Origin: a virus
Lineage: Duplodnaviria > Caudoviricetes
IMG/VR virus record: IMGVR_UViG_3300033121_002154
Location: 28,908-92,907 of that record
Length of the DNA: 64,000 bases
Direction: 5' to 3' (one strand)
The position numbers and the translations under genes are program-made. The first letter of the stretch is position 1. Each line of letters opens with the position of its first letter. A model generated the notes under the pieces. The model was not told the DNA's origin. It ran no database searches and saw only the letters and a program-made list of their open reading frames with translations. Below, piece by piece: positions 19,707 to 31,041 of the stretch.

Positions 19707-20807
19707 ATGAATAAGAGCAATTCAAATTTGGCTAAAGCAATTAATGAAGCAGATACAATCAAAGCAGGTGCACTTAGAAATGCTAATGATTTGCTTATTG
19801 AACAATTTAGACCAAAGATTAAAAATTTTATAAATAGTGCTTTAAATGAACAAGCTCTTGGGCTTGATGAAACTGTACCTTCTGATTTTGATCCGAGTGC
19901 AGGTGAAGACGGTGTTGAAAATCCACAAAACACTATAAATGTTGGTGGTGGTGGTATTCCATTAACTGAACAAGAAGAAGAAGATTTAGAAAATCCAGAA
20001 GACATTGTTGAACAAGACAATGTTGATTTTGATGATGAAGAAATTGTCGAACAAGAAGATATAAACCTTGACGATGAGAATATTTCTGAACAAGAAGATA
20101 TTGATCTTGATGATGAAGACATATCTGAACAAGATATTGATCTTGATGATGAAGATATTTCAGAGCAAGAAGATATTGATCTTGATGATGAAGATATATC
20201 TGAACAAGTAAATGATTTCAATGATCTTGACGATGATGCTATTATTGAAATTGATGATGAAGAATTAGATGATGATTCTATAAGTGAAGAAGATGATAAA
20301 GATGTTACTGATGATGAAGATGATATCGATGAAGATGTTGATGTAAATTCAGCATATAGCGATGAAATCTTGAATAGCACAAATGAATCAAGAAATTTCA
20401 GAAAATTAAAAATTGAATATAGAAATTTAAAAAGAGCAAATGCAAATCTTAAAAGAGAAAATGCAAAATATAATAAAGGCATTTTAATTTTAAGAAAAAG
20501 ATTGCAAGATGTAAATCTTTTTAATGAAAAATTATCTTATTCAATGAAAGTAATTAATAACAAACCAAATCTTTCTCAAAAACAAAAAAGATCAATTGTT
20601 GAACAATTTGATAATTGTAAAAACATAAGAGAAGTAAAGATTACATTTAATGCAATTAATAAATTTTCAAAGCCCTCTGTACAAAAAACAGTTCCACAAA
20701 GAGGATTAAATGAATCAACAAGAAGAATTTTCAGAAATATAAATGAAAACAGAACTAATAAAAATTCTGGAAATGATTCAAGAATGATGCAATTAGCAGG
20801 TTTATAA
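19707..20807 (+). CDS. prohead core scaffold protein (gp22-like)
   Basis: Acidic repeat centre, coiled-coil, VNLFNEKL.Y and MMQLAGL end; immediately upstream of the capsid gene. Confidence 0.75.
   Translation: MNKSNSNLAKAINEADTIKAGALRNANDLLIEQFRPKIKNFINSALNEQALGLDETVPSDFDPSAGEDGVENPQNTINVGGGGIPLTEQEEEDLENPEDIVEQDNVDFDDEEIVEQEDINLDDENISEQEDIDLDDEDISEQDIDLDDEDISEQEDIDLDDEDISEQVNDFNDLDDDAIIEIDDEELDDDSISEEDDKDVTDDEDDIDEDVDVNSAYSDEILNSTNESRNFRKLKIEYRNLKRANANLKRENAKYNKGILILRKRLQDVNLFNEKLSYSMKVINNKPNLSQKQKRSIVEQFDNCKNIREVKITFNAINKFSKPSVQKTVPQRGLNESTRRIFRNINENRTNKNSGNDSRMMQLAGL
20005..20210 (+). repeat. coding tandem repeat, about 39 bp (SEQEDIDLDDEDI)
   Basis: 5-6 imperfect copies within the scaffold gene. 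Confidence 0.85.
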
Positions 20808-20869
20808 ATTTTATATAAAAATAAAAAAATAAAAAGTATTCTTTTTAAATAACTTGGGAGAAATAAGAA

Positions 20870-22606
20870 ATGAATTATAATGAATTAGTAAAACTTACTC
20901 CGCAATTTAATGAAAGAAGTTTAGAACAAAGAGATAGACGAGCTAAACTTTTGGTTGAAAAGTGGAATAGAACTGGTCTTTTAAAGAAAATGTCATCTGT
21001 TGAAAACAGAAACAATATGGCTATGATTTTAGAAAATCAGGCTTTGGCGTTAAGACAATTAAATGAAAGCTCATCTGTAGCTGATATTGCATCTTTTAAC
21101 AAAGTTGCATTTCCGTTAGTAAGAAGAGTTTTCGGTTCTCTTTTAGCAAATGAAATTGTATCTGTACAACCAATGAATATGCCTTCTGGTTTATTATTCT
21201 ATTTGGATTTTGTATATGATAGAACAAAACCTGGATTCTCTTTCGAAAGTGGAAAATCCTTGTATGGTAACAGAAATGCCGTAGTATCTTCAAAATTGCA
21301 GGGGATTGGAGGTATGAACGCTACAGGAGGTTATTATAACCTTAATAGTTCATACTCAAAGCGAATGTTCAGAATATCTTCACAATTGGCATCTGCTTCT
21401 GCTTCATATGCAAGTATTACAGCAACATCACCAACTGTTACAGGAACTTTATCAGGATTTAATTTTACTTTAGCTGCTTCTGATGGAAGTATTGATATAT
21501 CTCAATTAAGAGTTATCAGACCTGTAAGATCTGGTGAAATCAGTTATGAAGGTGGATCTTTTAGAAGTTTATCAGCTATAAAATCCATAACGGCAGATTC
21601 ACTTGCTCCAACAATTGATCAAGGTTTAACACAGTTAGTTGATGCAAGTACAATTAGAATTTTTTCAAATATATATTTAAAAGGAAATAACTTAGAACTT
21701 GGTAATGCTACTGGTTCTATGTCAGCTGTTTTGGTTGGACCTGCAGCTACAAAAATTGATGATTTAACACCATCAACATTAGTTGGTGATTTTGAATCTG
21801 TATCAGAAATTCCACAAGTAAATATTCAAATTAAATCTGTTCCAGTTGTTGCAGTAACAAGAAAATTGAAAACTGTATGGACACCAGAATTATCACAAGA
21901 TATGAATGCTACTTTAACTTTGGATCCTGATGTTGAATTAACAAAAGTTCTTTCAGAGTCAATTGCACTTGAAATTGATAATGAAATTTTATCTGATTTA
22001 TTAGCTGGTGCGGAAGTAAAAGCTGTATGGTCAAGAAAAATCGGTAGATATTTGAAATTAAATGCTGACGGAACTGTTACTTTACAATCATTTGCAGATG
22101 CTTCAAACGGTACCTATCAGGCAAATTTTGGAACACAAAATGAATGGTATCAAACATTTATTGAAACAATCAATGCTTGTTCAAATGAAATCTATAAGAG
22201 AAATAAAAGATCTGGTGCAAACTGGATTATAGTTTCTCCTGAAATCGCTTCAATCATTGAATCACTTTCACAATTTCAAACTGATATTGTATCAGATTCA
22301 GCAAAATCTATATACTCCGTTGGAGTTACAAAAGTAGGTATGTTGAATAGCAGATATACAGTTTACAAAAATCCTCATATGCCGGTTAATAAAGTTCTTA
22401 TCGGTTACAGAGGAGATTCATTCTTGGAAACAGGTTATGTATATAGTCCTTATGTTCCTTTATTAATTACACCGACTATTTATGATCCTGAGAACTTCAC
22501 TCCAAGAAAAGCCGTTATGACAAGATATGCTACCCAAATGGTTAGACCAGAATATTATGGTGTTGTTACCGTATTTGATCTTGATATAATTGGTAACGGT
22601 TTATAA
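20870..22606 (+). CDS. gp23: major capsid protein (T4 gp23-like)
   Basis: ILENQ, PLVRR, VQPM..PSGL.F, RKLK..WT.E..QD, EID.EI, Y.PYVPL, F.P....TRY. Confidence 0.97.
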   Translation: MNYNELVKLTPQFNERSLEQRDRRAKLLVEKWNRTGLLKKMSSVENRNNMAMILENQALALRQLNESSSVADIASFNKVAFPLVRRVFGSLLANEIVSVQPMNMPSGLLFYLDFVYDRTKPGFSFESGKSLYGNRNAVVSSKLQGIGGMNATGGYYNLNSSYSKRMFRISSQLASASASYASITATSPTVTGTLSGFNFTLAASDGSIDISQLRVIRPVRSGEISYEGGSFRSLSAIKSITADSLAPTIDQGLTQLVDASTIRIFSNIYLKGNNLELGNATGSMSAVLVGPAATKIDDLTPSTLVGDFESVSEIPQVNIQIKSVPVVAVTRKLKTVWTPELSQDMNATLTLDPDVELTKVLSESIALEIDNEILSDLLAGAEVKAVWSRKIGRYLKLNADGTVTLQSFADASNGTYQANFGTQNEWYQTFIETINACSNEIYKRNKRSGANWIIVSPEIASIIESLSQFQTDIVSDSAKSIYSVGVTKVGMLNSRYTVYKNPHMPVNKVLIGYRGDSFLETGYVYSPYVPLLITPTIYDPENFTPRKAVMTRYATQMVRPEYYGVVTVFDLDIIGNGL

Positions 22607-22632
22607 AATAAAAGTAATATAAATATATAATT

Positions 22633-22667
22633 AATGGAACCAATAGAAATATTGGTTCCATTTTTTT
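22633..22667 (+). terminator. Rho-independent terminator after the capsid gene
   Basis: AATGGAACCAATA-GAAA-TATTGGTTCCATT hairpin followed by a T run, at the strand convergence. Confidence 0.9.
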
Positions 22668-22923
22668 ATTGTTAATATTCAAGTTTAGTTATTTCTGTTA
22701 CTTTTATATTTTTCTCTTTCTTCTATAACTTTTCTTGCATCATAATACCAAGTATGTTCACTTAAAAAATAATCATTATATGTTATATTTTTTTCTTCAT
22801 CATATATATATTGCAACTTTTGTATTTTTTCAACTACATCATATAATAAATTACGCAATTGTATTGGAGTTAATTTATTTAAATTCATAAGATTTATTAA
22901 TTTCTGTTAAATTTATTTAATTA

Positions 22924-23316
22924 TTATTTAATATGTTCTACAACTCCATTCTCATCAGGTTTACCCCATATTCTCTTTTTATTTATTTCAAGTTTTTCTT
23001 TCATAATATTTTTAATATCCTCAAAATCCAGACCATAAGCAAAAGCTGAACCAAAAAGTAAGAAAAAACAATCAGCATATTCTAAAAGAATATTTTCAAC
23101 TTCTTTCTGAGTCATATTAGCTTTTGTTTTTTCTAAATTATTTTCTAATTCTAATATCTCAAGTTTAAGATGTTTTATTTTAGATAATGAGGTTGAATCA
23201 GGAAATGTTTTTGTTTGCCACTTATCAATATTCTTTAATAATTTTTTAAAATTCATTTTATTTTTTTTATTTAATTTTTTCAATATATTGATATGGAATT
23301 TTTTCTTTAATTTCAA
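22924..23316 (-). CDS. dATP/dGTP pyrophosphohydrolase (DUF550, MazG-like)
   Basis: W...TF.....L.HL..E..E...EYAD...K..INK.R.W....G..EHIK; true start may be the internal Met. Confidence 0.8.
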   Translation of the reverse strand: MKLKKKFHINILKKLNKKNKMNFKKLLKNIDKWQTKTFPDSTSLSKIKHLKLEILELENNLEKTKANMTQKEVENILLEYADCFFLLFGSAFAYGLDFEDIKNIMKEKLEINKKRIWGKPDENGVVEHIK

Positions 23317-24805
23317 ATATATGATAAACAGATGAATTACCGTTTATTTTCACTGTCGAAATATATTTAAATTCACAAATATCCTGTTGCATGAAACCGT
23401 GTGTTTGATATATTTGTATAATTTTTGTTTCTTTTGAAATGCTATTTCGCGGTGTCAAGATCCAAATATAAAGTTTATCATATAGAACCTGAACAGTTAA
23501 TATTTCTGAACCTTTAGGTACAACTATATTTTGCGGTTCTCCTATTAGTTCTAATGGATATTCATTAATAGTGTTAAACATAATAATTTTAAATTTTTAT
23601 TTTTCAGAAATTGTACCATCAACTTTTTTAATTCTTTCTTCATCAATAACAACTGAAAATGGTGATTTTAAAAAATAATAAATACCTTTTACTTTTTTTA
23701 ATCTTCTACCTAAATAAATTATTCTTTCTACTAATGAATTTTCATTTTCAGATTTAATAATATCTATTAAAAGAAATTTTCCTTTATGTTTTATTATATC
23801 ACCAACATTAAATCTTGATATTGAATTTGCATATTTATTATTTAATTTTATTATTGCATCATGCAATTGCCAATATTTAGAAACATAATCTATTGTTTTT
23901 TTATTTTTCATTATTTTGTTTATTTACAAACTCTTCCACTAACATTTTAGCTGATTCTAATCCAGCTATTTTACCATTATGATAACTTAATTCTTATACA
24001 GATGAAAATCCATAATGTTGTTGATTTAAGAAATTTATATTAATTTGTAATTGTGTTAAAAGTTCTTCTGCTTCATTTTTCATAATTTTTATATCACCGA
24101 ATTTAAATATTTTACAATTCATTTTATTTTAAAATCAACTTAATATCTTTTAATAAATCTTCATCTACTATTAATATTCTAACTGTAGGGTTATCTAACA
24201 ATTCCCTAAAATCTGCTGGAGGTTTTGAACCGTGAAGAAAAGTTTCCAAATAATTACAAAACCATTTTCTTCTATAGTTATCATCATGAGTTGCACCATA
24301 ATTATTATCCAAATAGACTAATTTTAATTCATTTAAAAGTCTTTTATTGTTTGCCAAATCATGAAATTTTATATCAATAGTTCTTTCAGACAATTCAAGT
24401 TCAGTATTTGTAATACAATACTTATTATCTATGTAATAAAATTTTAGCATTGATTTTTTTTAAATTTTTTAAAAGAATTCATTTTTTTTTATTGTAAATA
24501 TTTTTTTATTCTTGCAATAATTTCTAATATATTCTTTTGCTTTTTCTTTATCATTTGTTAAATCTTCATCTGTCCACCATACTTCAATTTTGCCATTTAA
24601 CTTATCTATTATTTCACATACAAGTTCTTTTTGTTCTTTGGTTTCCTGTTCTGCTGTGCAACCTTCATTTATTTCATTGTATTTATCTAATGCAACTTGT
24701 GATTCAGGGCTATTAACAAAACACCAAGACTTAATTGTACCAAATTTTAGAAGTAAAAAATCTTCATTTTTCATAATATTTTTTTTATTAAATGTAATTA
24801 ATAAA

Positions 24806-24822
24806 CATTACTTTGATATTAC
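24806..24822 (-). promoter_or_regulatory. direct-repeat promoter box
   Basis: CATTAC-TTTGA-TATTAC (+), upstream of ATG 24774. Confidence 0.7.
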
Positions 24823-25562
24823 TTTTCAATAAACTTTTTCAACATATTTTCTATAAATAAATTTGCCAACCCTTTAGCATTTATATTTTTAGCATTTTCA
24901 TCTACTTCCCAAAATCTATCTTCCCATCCTGCTTTGTAAAGATCAATTAAATCTTTTTTTAAATTTTTTATCTGAAACATTAATTTTTTATTTAATTTTG
25001 AATAATCAATATTTTCAGCGGTATTGAATTTTGTAGGTTTTGATATTTCATATTTAAGATCAATAGCGGGATCATTAATCCAGTCATATGCTTGTTTTTT
25101 TGTATCAAACCACCAAACATATCTCCTGCTTGGTTTATGACCATTTGCCAAGTCAAATACTAACCAAATCGGGTTTTTAGGAAAATATTCTGTTGATGGA
25201 TTTTTATTTATTCTTTTTAATTTTTCTTTTTTCATTTGGCTTAGTTAATATTACAAAAAATAAAGTTCTTAATTTACATTTAAATTCTTCTGAGAAAATG
25301 CAATATGGTTCATAAATGTTCTTAAAAGATTCTATGTCTTCTTTAAAATCATATTCTTCTCCCGAAAGTATAATTTGCAATGAATCATTAACCCTATGCC
25401 AAAATTTTTTTATTAATTCATCAGAAAAACATCCTGATAAATTTAATGTGTCCATTAAATTAACAGCAGCTTCTAAATTATTTTTATATTTTGGTAAAAA
25501 TTTTGAATAATTTTCAATATAAATTTTAAGCATATTATTTTATTATTTAAGTTTTTAAATTG

Positions 25563-26123
25563 TTATGAACACATCCACCAGGGTTTATTTTCAAATACTA
25601 AAAATTTTACTTTTTTATTCATTTTTTCAGATAAAAATTTTTCTATTTCAATTATATCTCTTCCACATTTACCTATAAAAAATCCCGGTTTTCCCAAATA
25701 AATAGAAATAGTTATATTTTTTTGAAAATTAATTTCAAGTCTTGAAATTTCCAGAAAATTACTATCATAATTCTTATCAATATATTGTCTCATATTTCTC
25801 TTTAATTTTCTTTCCATAATTTTTTTTTCATCAGATGTTTCAATTAAATCAAGACCATCATTATTAAAAGATAAATAAGCTTGAGAATCTGATTTAAAAA
25901 AGAATGCAATCTTCTTTAAACCATCAAATAAATAATACCAATTTTCTTTATCGTAAGCAACAATTAAATTATCAGGTAATTCTACTTCTACTGTGAAATC
26001 ATTTTCTTTTAATATTTTTATACCAAGTTTATTATAAACATAAGTATAATCATATTCATCAAAAGGATAATAATTGTTTAATATACTCTTTGGTAAATTT
26101 TTTGTGATTATATCTATTTTCAT
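25563..26123 (-). CDS. protein with a C-terminal type II KH domain resembling ribosomal protein uS3
   Basis: ISRLEI...ITISIYLGKPGFFIGKCGRDI.EIEKFL....KKV; start taken at MKIDII. Confidence 0.7.
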   Translation of the reverse strand: MKIDIITKNLPKSILNNYYPFDEYDYTYVYNKLGIKILKENDFTVEVELPDNLIVAYDKENWYYLFDGLKKIAFFFKSDSQAYLSFNNDGLDLIETSDEKKIMERKLKRNMRQYIDKNYDSNFLEISRLEINFQKNITISIYLGKPGFFIGKCGRDIIEIEKFLSEKMNKKVKFLVFENKPWWMCS

Positions 26124-26953
26124 ATTTTTATGGTTTGAGTTTAAATTCATAATCTGGAAAATATTCAGAATTAGAAAAAGGTGCCAAAGATTCCTCTCCA
26201 TTTATTAAAAAAAATTCTTGAGTAATACCGAATACATTATTGTCTATAACTTTAATTTCACTATTAATAAATTTGAAAGAAATATTTAGCTCTTCCATTA
26301 GTTTTTTAACTTTTTCCAACTTTTTGTAAGTTGGATGATCAGAAGTTAACATTCTCGGTCTTAATTTCATTTAAATTATTTTAATTTTTAATAATAAAGA
26401 AATAAAATAAATTATATATGCTGGAATTGCAATTGTTGTAATTGCTATTTGTGCACAACATATAAAACGTGTAGTTTCTAAAAATTTATATTTATAAGTG
26501 AACATACCAATTATATTTAAAAATATGAAAAGTATAATTGGAATAATTTGCCAAGGTATTTCCATAATTAAATTCCATTTTTATAAATTTTATATAAAAA
26601 ATGCCAATATGATAATTTGAATATTCTTTTCCACTTTAAAGAAATAAAATAATCAAATTCTTTATTGAACTTTATTCTATCTTCTGTTGTCAAATTATTA
26701 AAATCTATTTTCATAACTTTCCCAATGGTTTATATTTCTTTGATATTCTTCAGGACTTTCAAGTTTTTCAATTTCTTTATCAATAAGAAATAATTTTTTA
26801 TAAAACATTTTTTGTTCCCAATGATTATTTACCATTGTATTTGCTAACAAATTATCTTTACATAATTTCAATTCTTTCAATTTTTTATTTAAATTTTTCA
26901 TTTTTATTAAATAAAATTATTTAAAGATTTATTTATTAAATATAATTATTGAT

Positions 26954-26970
26954 TATTACTTTAGTATTAC
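26954..26970 (-). promoter_or_regulatory. direct-repeat promoter box
   Basis: TATTAC-TTTAG-TATTAC. Confidence 0.7.
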
Positions 26971-27267
26971 TTTTCAATAATATTACCTTCTATTGTTTCA
27001 TTTAAATCACTATGAATTGCTTCATTTATAAACTCTGCAAATTCTTGAAATTTATTTCTGTATTTTACTAAAATTTCTTTTACATGTTCATTGCGAATAT
27101 CATCATCCGGATCATTTTCATAATAAAGATTTTCTAATAATTCAATGAAGTCATCTGAATGAATATTTGGAAATTTTTTATACATTTTTACTCCTTTTTA
27201 TTTTATTAAATTATTAATTACTAATTCATTTTATAAAATTTTATTTTAAGGTTTTTTAAATATTAAT

Positions 27268-27654
27268 TTATCTAGTTCCATTTTTCCAAATTCCAGCTTT
27301 CCATATTCCACTTAACCAAAATCCATTTTCCCATATACCATTCTCCCAAAGTCCATTTTCCCAAACTCCAGCTTTCCAAATTCCATTTTTCCAAACCCCA
27401 TGCTCCCAAATTCCGCCATACCATACTCCGTTTATCCAAGTTCCAGATTTCCAAAGCCCACCCAGTAAAACTCCAGATTCCCAAATTCCATCATACCAAA
27501 TAAGATTTCCAAGTGAACTAAGCCCCAATATTGCATTTTCAATTTTTGCCTCTAAAACCCATGTGAATTTTTCTTTTAAGATTTCTAAAGTTAAATTATC
27601 TTTTAATTTAATTATTCCATATTTTCTAAAATTATCTTCAAAAAAATATTTCAT
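27268..27654 (-). CDS. GxWxx pentapeptide-repeat protein
   Basis: About 14 G.W.. repeats; paralog of 63348-63731. Confidence 0.85.
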   Translation of the reverse strand: MKYFFEDNFRKYGIIKLKDNLTLEILKEKFTWVLEAKIENAILGLSSLGNLIWYDGIWESGVLLGGLWKSGTWINGVWYGGIWEHGVWKNGIWKAGVWENGLWENGIWENGFWLSGIWKAGIWKNGTR

Positions 27655-28196
27655 TTTATTTTTAAATTTATTGATATGCTACATCATCTTCATAAAATTC
27701 TATTTCCGCCAAAGTTAAATATCTTGCTTGTTTTTGAGTTATTCTATATTTATAATATCCAATCATAGCACCACTTTTAGAATCAGAATCTTTTATAATA
27801 TGTAACCATCCTTTTTCTTCTAAATTACTTACAGATTCATCTAAAATCATATCTGCATAAGTAATATGATTCTGATATTTACAATAATGCATAACACCAT
27901 CAGGTGATAACCATCCTATTTTTAATGTACTATCTTTTGAATCTTTTAATAAATTTTTATAAGTACTTGTTAAAGAAAAATCTAAATCCTGGAAAAATTC
28001 AGCTTTAGCCTTTTTTAATATCTTCATCCCTTTAATGGGTACATAATATGAAAATGAATCAGAATGATACAATTTTGATTGTTCCATAAGAGATTTTTTA
28101 GGATCTGATGGTCTTTTCCATTCTATTTCTTCTTCAAATTGAATTAACCAATAAATATTCTTTTTCATATTTGTTTTATTAAATATAATTACCAAA

Positions 28197-28213
28197 TATT
28201 ACCCTAATATTAC
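28197..28213 (-). promoter_or_regulatory. direct-repeat promoter box
   Basis: TATTAC-CCTAA-TATTAC upstream of ATG 28168. Confidence 0.65.
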
Positions 28214-28737
28214 TAATTCATTTTATTTAACATTTTACTTAATTCTTTTTCAGATATATTTTCTTTATGCCCAAGTTCTAATAAATATAATCTATAAAAA
28301 TACCATCTCATGTATGCTAAATCGCTCATTTTCCTCCCTTTCATTTATATTTTTTATAAATCATTTTTATCAAAATATTCCCAATTATTTTTTATTGCTC
28401 TCATCCATTCTTTACATTCAAATTTTATTCTTTGTCTATCATATTCTGTAGTTATGCCAAAATCATGTCTATAACTTAAACATACATTATTAATAAATTT
28501 TTCTGAATTAAAACGTTCTATAATATCAGCTAAACAAGATGATGTCACCTGTGACTTTGGTAATACTTTAACTGTATTTTTAATCTTACTCATTTTTTAT
28601 CCTGTTTATTTTTAATTTCAATTTCTAATTCTTTAATTGCTTTATTTTGTAGTGCTAATGCTATTAATATTAATATTAGAATTACACCAAAAATCATTAA
28701 TACAATTTCCATTTTTACTTCTTTTTTAGTTTTAAAA

Positions 28738-29031
28738 TTAATTTAGTAATCCACGTTCTTTAGAAAGTTTCATATATCTTTCAACTTTTTCCATTTTTAG
28801 TCTAATTTTCTCAGGATCTATAAGATCATCAATTTCTTTAAAAACTCCTTCAATTTTTAATAATTTTATAGTTGCTACTACATCATTATATTCATCTATG
28901 AGTCTTTTGTAATTCGGTTCATTATCTTTATATTTTTCATCATTACCAAAACAAATCATTTTAGTTGCTCGTTTTGTTAATTCTGAACATTCTTCTGCTA
29001 GTTTAACCAGCAGGTATTGTTGTTTTGTCAT
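28738..29031 (-). CDS. MazG-like nucleotide pyrophosphohydrolase
   Basis: LAEECSEL....K...FG...L.DE..D. Confidence 0.7.
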   Translation of the reverse strand: MTKQQYLLVKLAEECSELTKRATKMICFGNDEKYKDNEPNYKRLIDEYNDVVATIKLLKIEGVFKEIDDLIDPEKIRLKMEKVERYMKLSKERGLLN

Positions 29032-30633
29032 TTTAATTTTTTTAATTTTACCAAATAATTTTAAAGCTCATTGCTTTTATTAATGACATTGCTATTTTAT
29101 TTTCTTTAATGATTTTAATTAAATCTTCCTTGCTAATTTTTTCTTTTACCCAGAATACAGACTTACTACCAGATCTTTTATCCATTGGGCTTCCACAAAT
29201 AGCAATTACCGAATAATCATCACTTTGAAAAAATGAAATTTCACCTTTGTACAAATTATTTGTTAAATATTCAGGATGAAATGGTAAATCATTGAATTTT
29301 AAAGAATTATATTGTAATTCATCATTTATTATTTTCCATCTATAATGTCCATGTTCTTTTAAATTTGTACCAAAGTATTCTATTAAAATATCTGATTTTT
29401 TATTAAAAATATCTTCCCATGATTTTCGACATTCACAATATAGTTTATAAAGTTCGTCATCACTAAATTTCTCAAGATTATGTTCACTCCAACACCATAT
29501 ATCTGTAGAACCATTATAACTACCACATAATTTGACTATTGGATTTTCCAACATTGAATAATTTGGTTGTTGACCACAAACCAAACTTATTAGTGCTTTT
29601 TTATCTAAATCTACTTTCATTTTTATTTTTAAATAAATTTTTAAAAATTATTTTTATTATCCATATACTTTTTTTAATTTTTCATATAATTCCTTTTCTT
29701 TTTTTATCTTGTTTTCTTTTCTTTTCTCGGCTGATTTTTTTGTGCTTTTTTCTGATTTTCACTTTTTTCTATTCTCTTTTGAAATTCATTATCAGTTTCT
29801 AATCTTATACATTTGATTATTAATTCATCATAGATATCAGAATGCTCAATACCTAATTCAAAACGTATTAAATTTGGATAATCTGTTTTTAATTTATTTT
29901 CTATTTCAACAAGTTTATTATGAACATCTTGAAAATTTCCTTTAATTAATTGATCAAGTTCCATAATATTACACAAATAAGCAGTTATTTCTTTTTTTTC
30001 AGTTTTCATTTTGTACCTCAATTTCCACTTGATAATACTTTTTCATATTATCAAAAATTTTTAAAATATTTTTAATATCCATTGCTTCTTCTTGAGTTTT
30101 AAAAACATTTCCTATTGAAATTCTACGCCTATCTGATTTAGAGCAATTTGGCTGATATTTGGTTGTATAATTAGTATAATCATCAAAACTATAATACCAA
30201 TAATTTTCATTTTCTTCTGGCATCCACTCCTCTGCATAGTAAATTGGATATTTAAGTGTTGAGTCATCAATACTGTTACACCATTCTAAAAATCTATCAT
30301 TATTAAAATACCATTCACCATTTTTTATTTTCCTTATTACTTGTGTTCCATCTTCATTCAGCAATGGTTTAATTATTTTATCCATTTTAATTTTTTTCAT
30401 TTAATTTCCAATTGTTTTTCCATAAAATTGACAAGACATTTGTCCTTGTGGTGACCATTTTCCTCCTGATTCAAGAAAATAATGTCCACCATATTTACTA
30501 CATTCATCTTCCTGTTTATTCTGTTCTAATTCTTTTTGTTTATTATTTATAATAAATTCTTGTTCTAATTGTTGATTATATATGTCAACAATCTTTTTTG
30601 CTTCTAAATATTGTTTTTCTGTTATCATGATAT

Positions 30634-31041
30634 TTATTTCGATAAGTTAATATTTATCTCATTTTTATAACTGACTATTAAATCAGCTTTTCTAAAAATA
30701 GAAGTGCATAAACCTTTTCTTGTAAGTTCTGTAAATTCATCAATTTTTTCTTTTATTCCTTTTACATGTTTTAATATTTCTTTATATCTTGTTTTCCCAA
30801 TTTTTTCAATTGTACAGTCTGGAACATTATTATTTAAATGTTTAAAAAATACATTAATATCCATTATTAGCCATATAACTGTTTGATTGCTTTTTGACAT
30901 TTTATTAAAAACATTTTCATCTTTTTCATAATTTCTCCATACATTATCACCAAAACCCAGAATCAAAGCAATTTCTAATGGTTTTAATTTATAAACTTTG
31001 CGAATTGCTTTCATATCATTAAAAATAATATCATGTATCAT
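30634..31041 (-). CDS. HTH (XRE/MqsA-like) protein
   Basis: IRKVYKL...EIALILGFG.N.WRNYE. Confidence 0.6.
   Translation of the reverse strand: MIHDIIFNDMKAIRKVYKLKPLEIALILGFGDNVWRNYEKDENVFNKMSKSNQTVIWLIMDINVFFKHLNNNVPDCTIEKIGKTRYKEILKHVKGIKEKIDEFTELTRKGLCTSIFRKADLIVSYKNEININLSK

Noticed and set aside
19679-20482. 267-aa Ser-rich minus-strand ORF
   Set aside because: Antisense shadow of the Asp/Glu repeats in the scaffold gene.
27272-27484. Alternative-frame Trp-rich ORF
   Set aside because: Frame echo of the GxWxx repeats.
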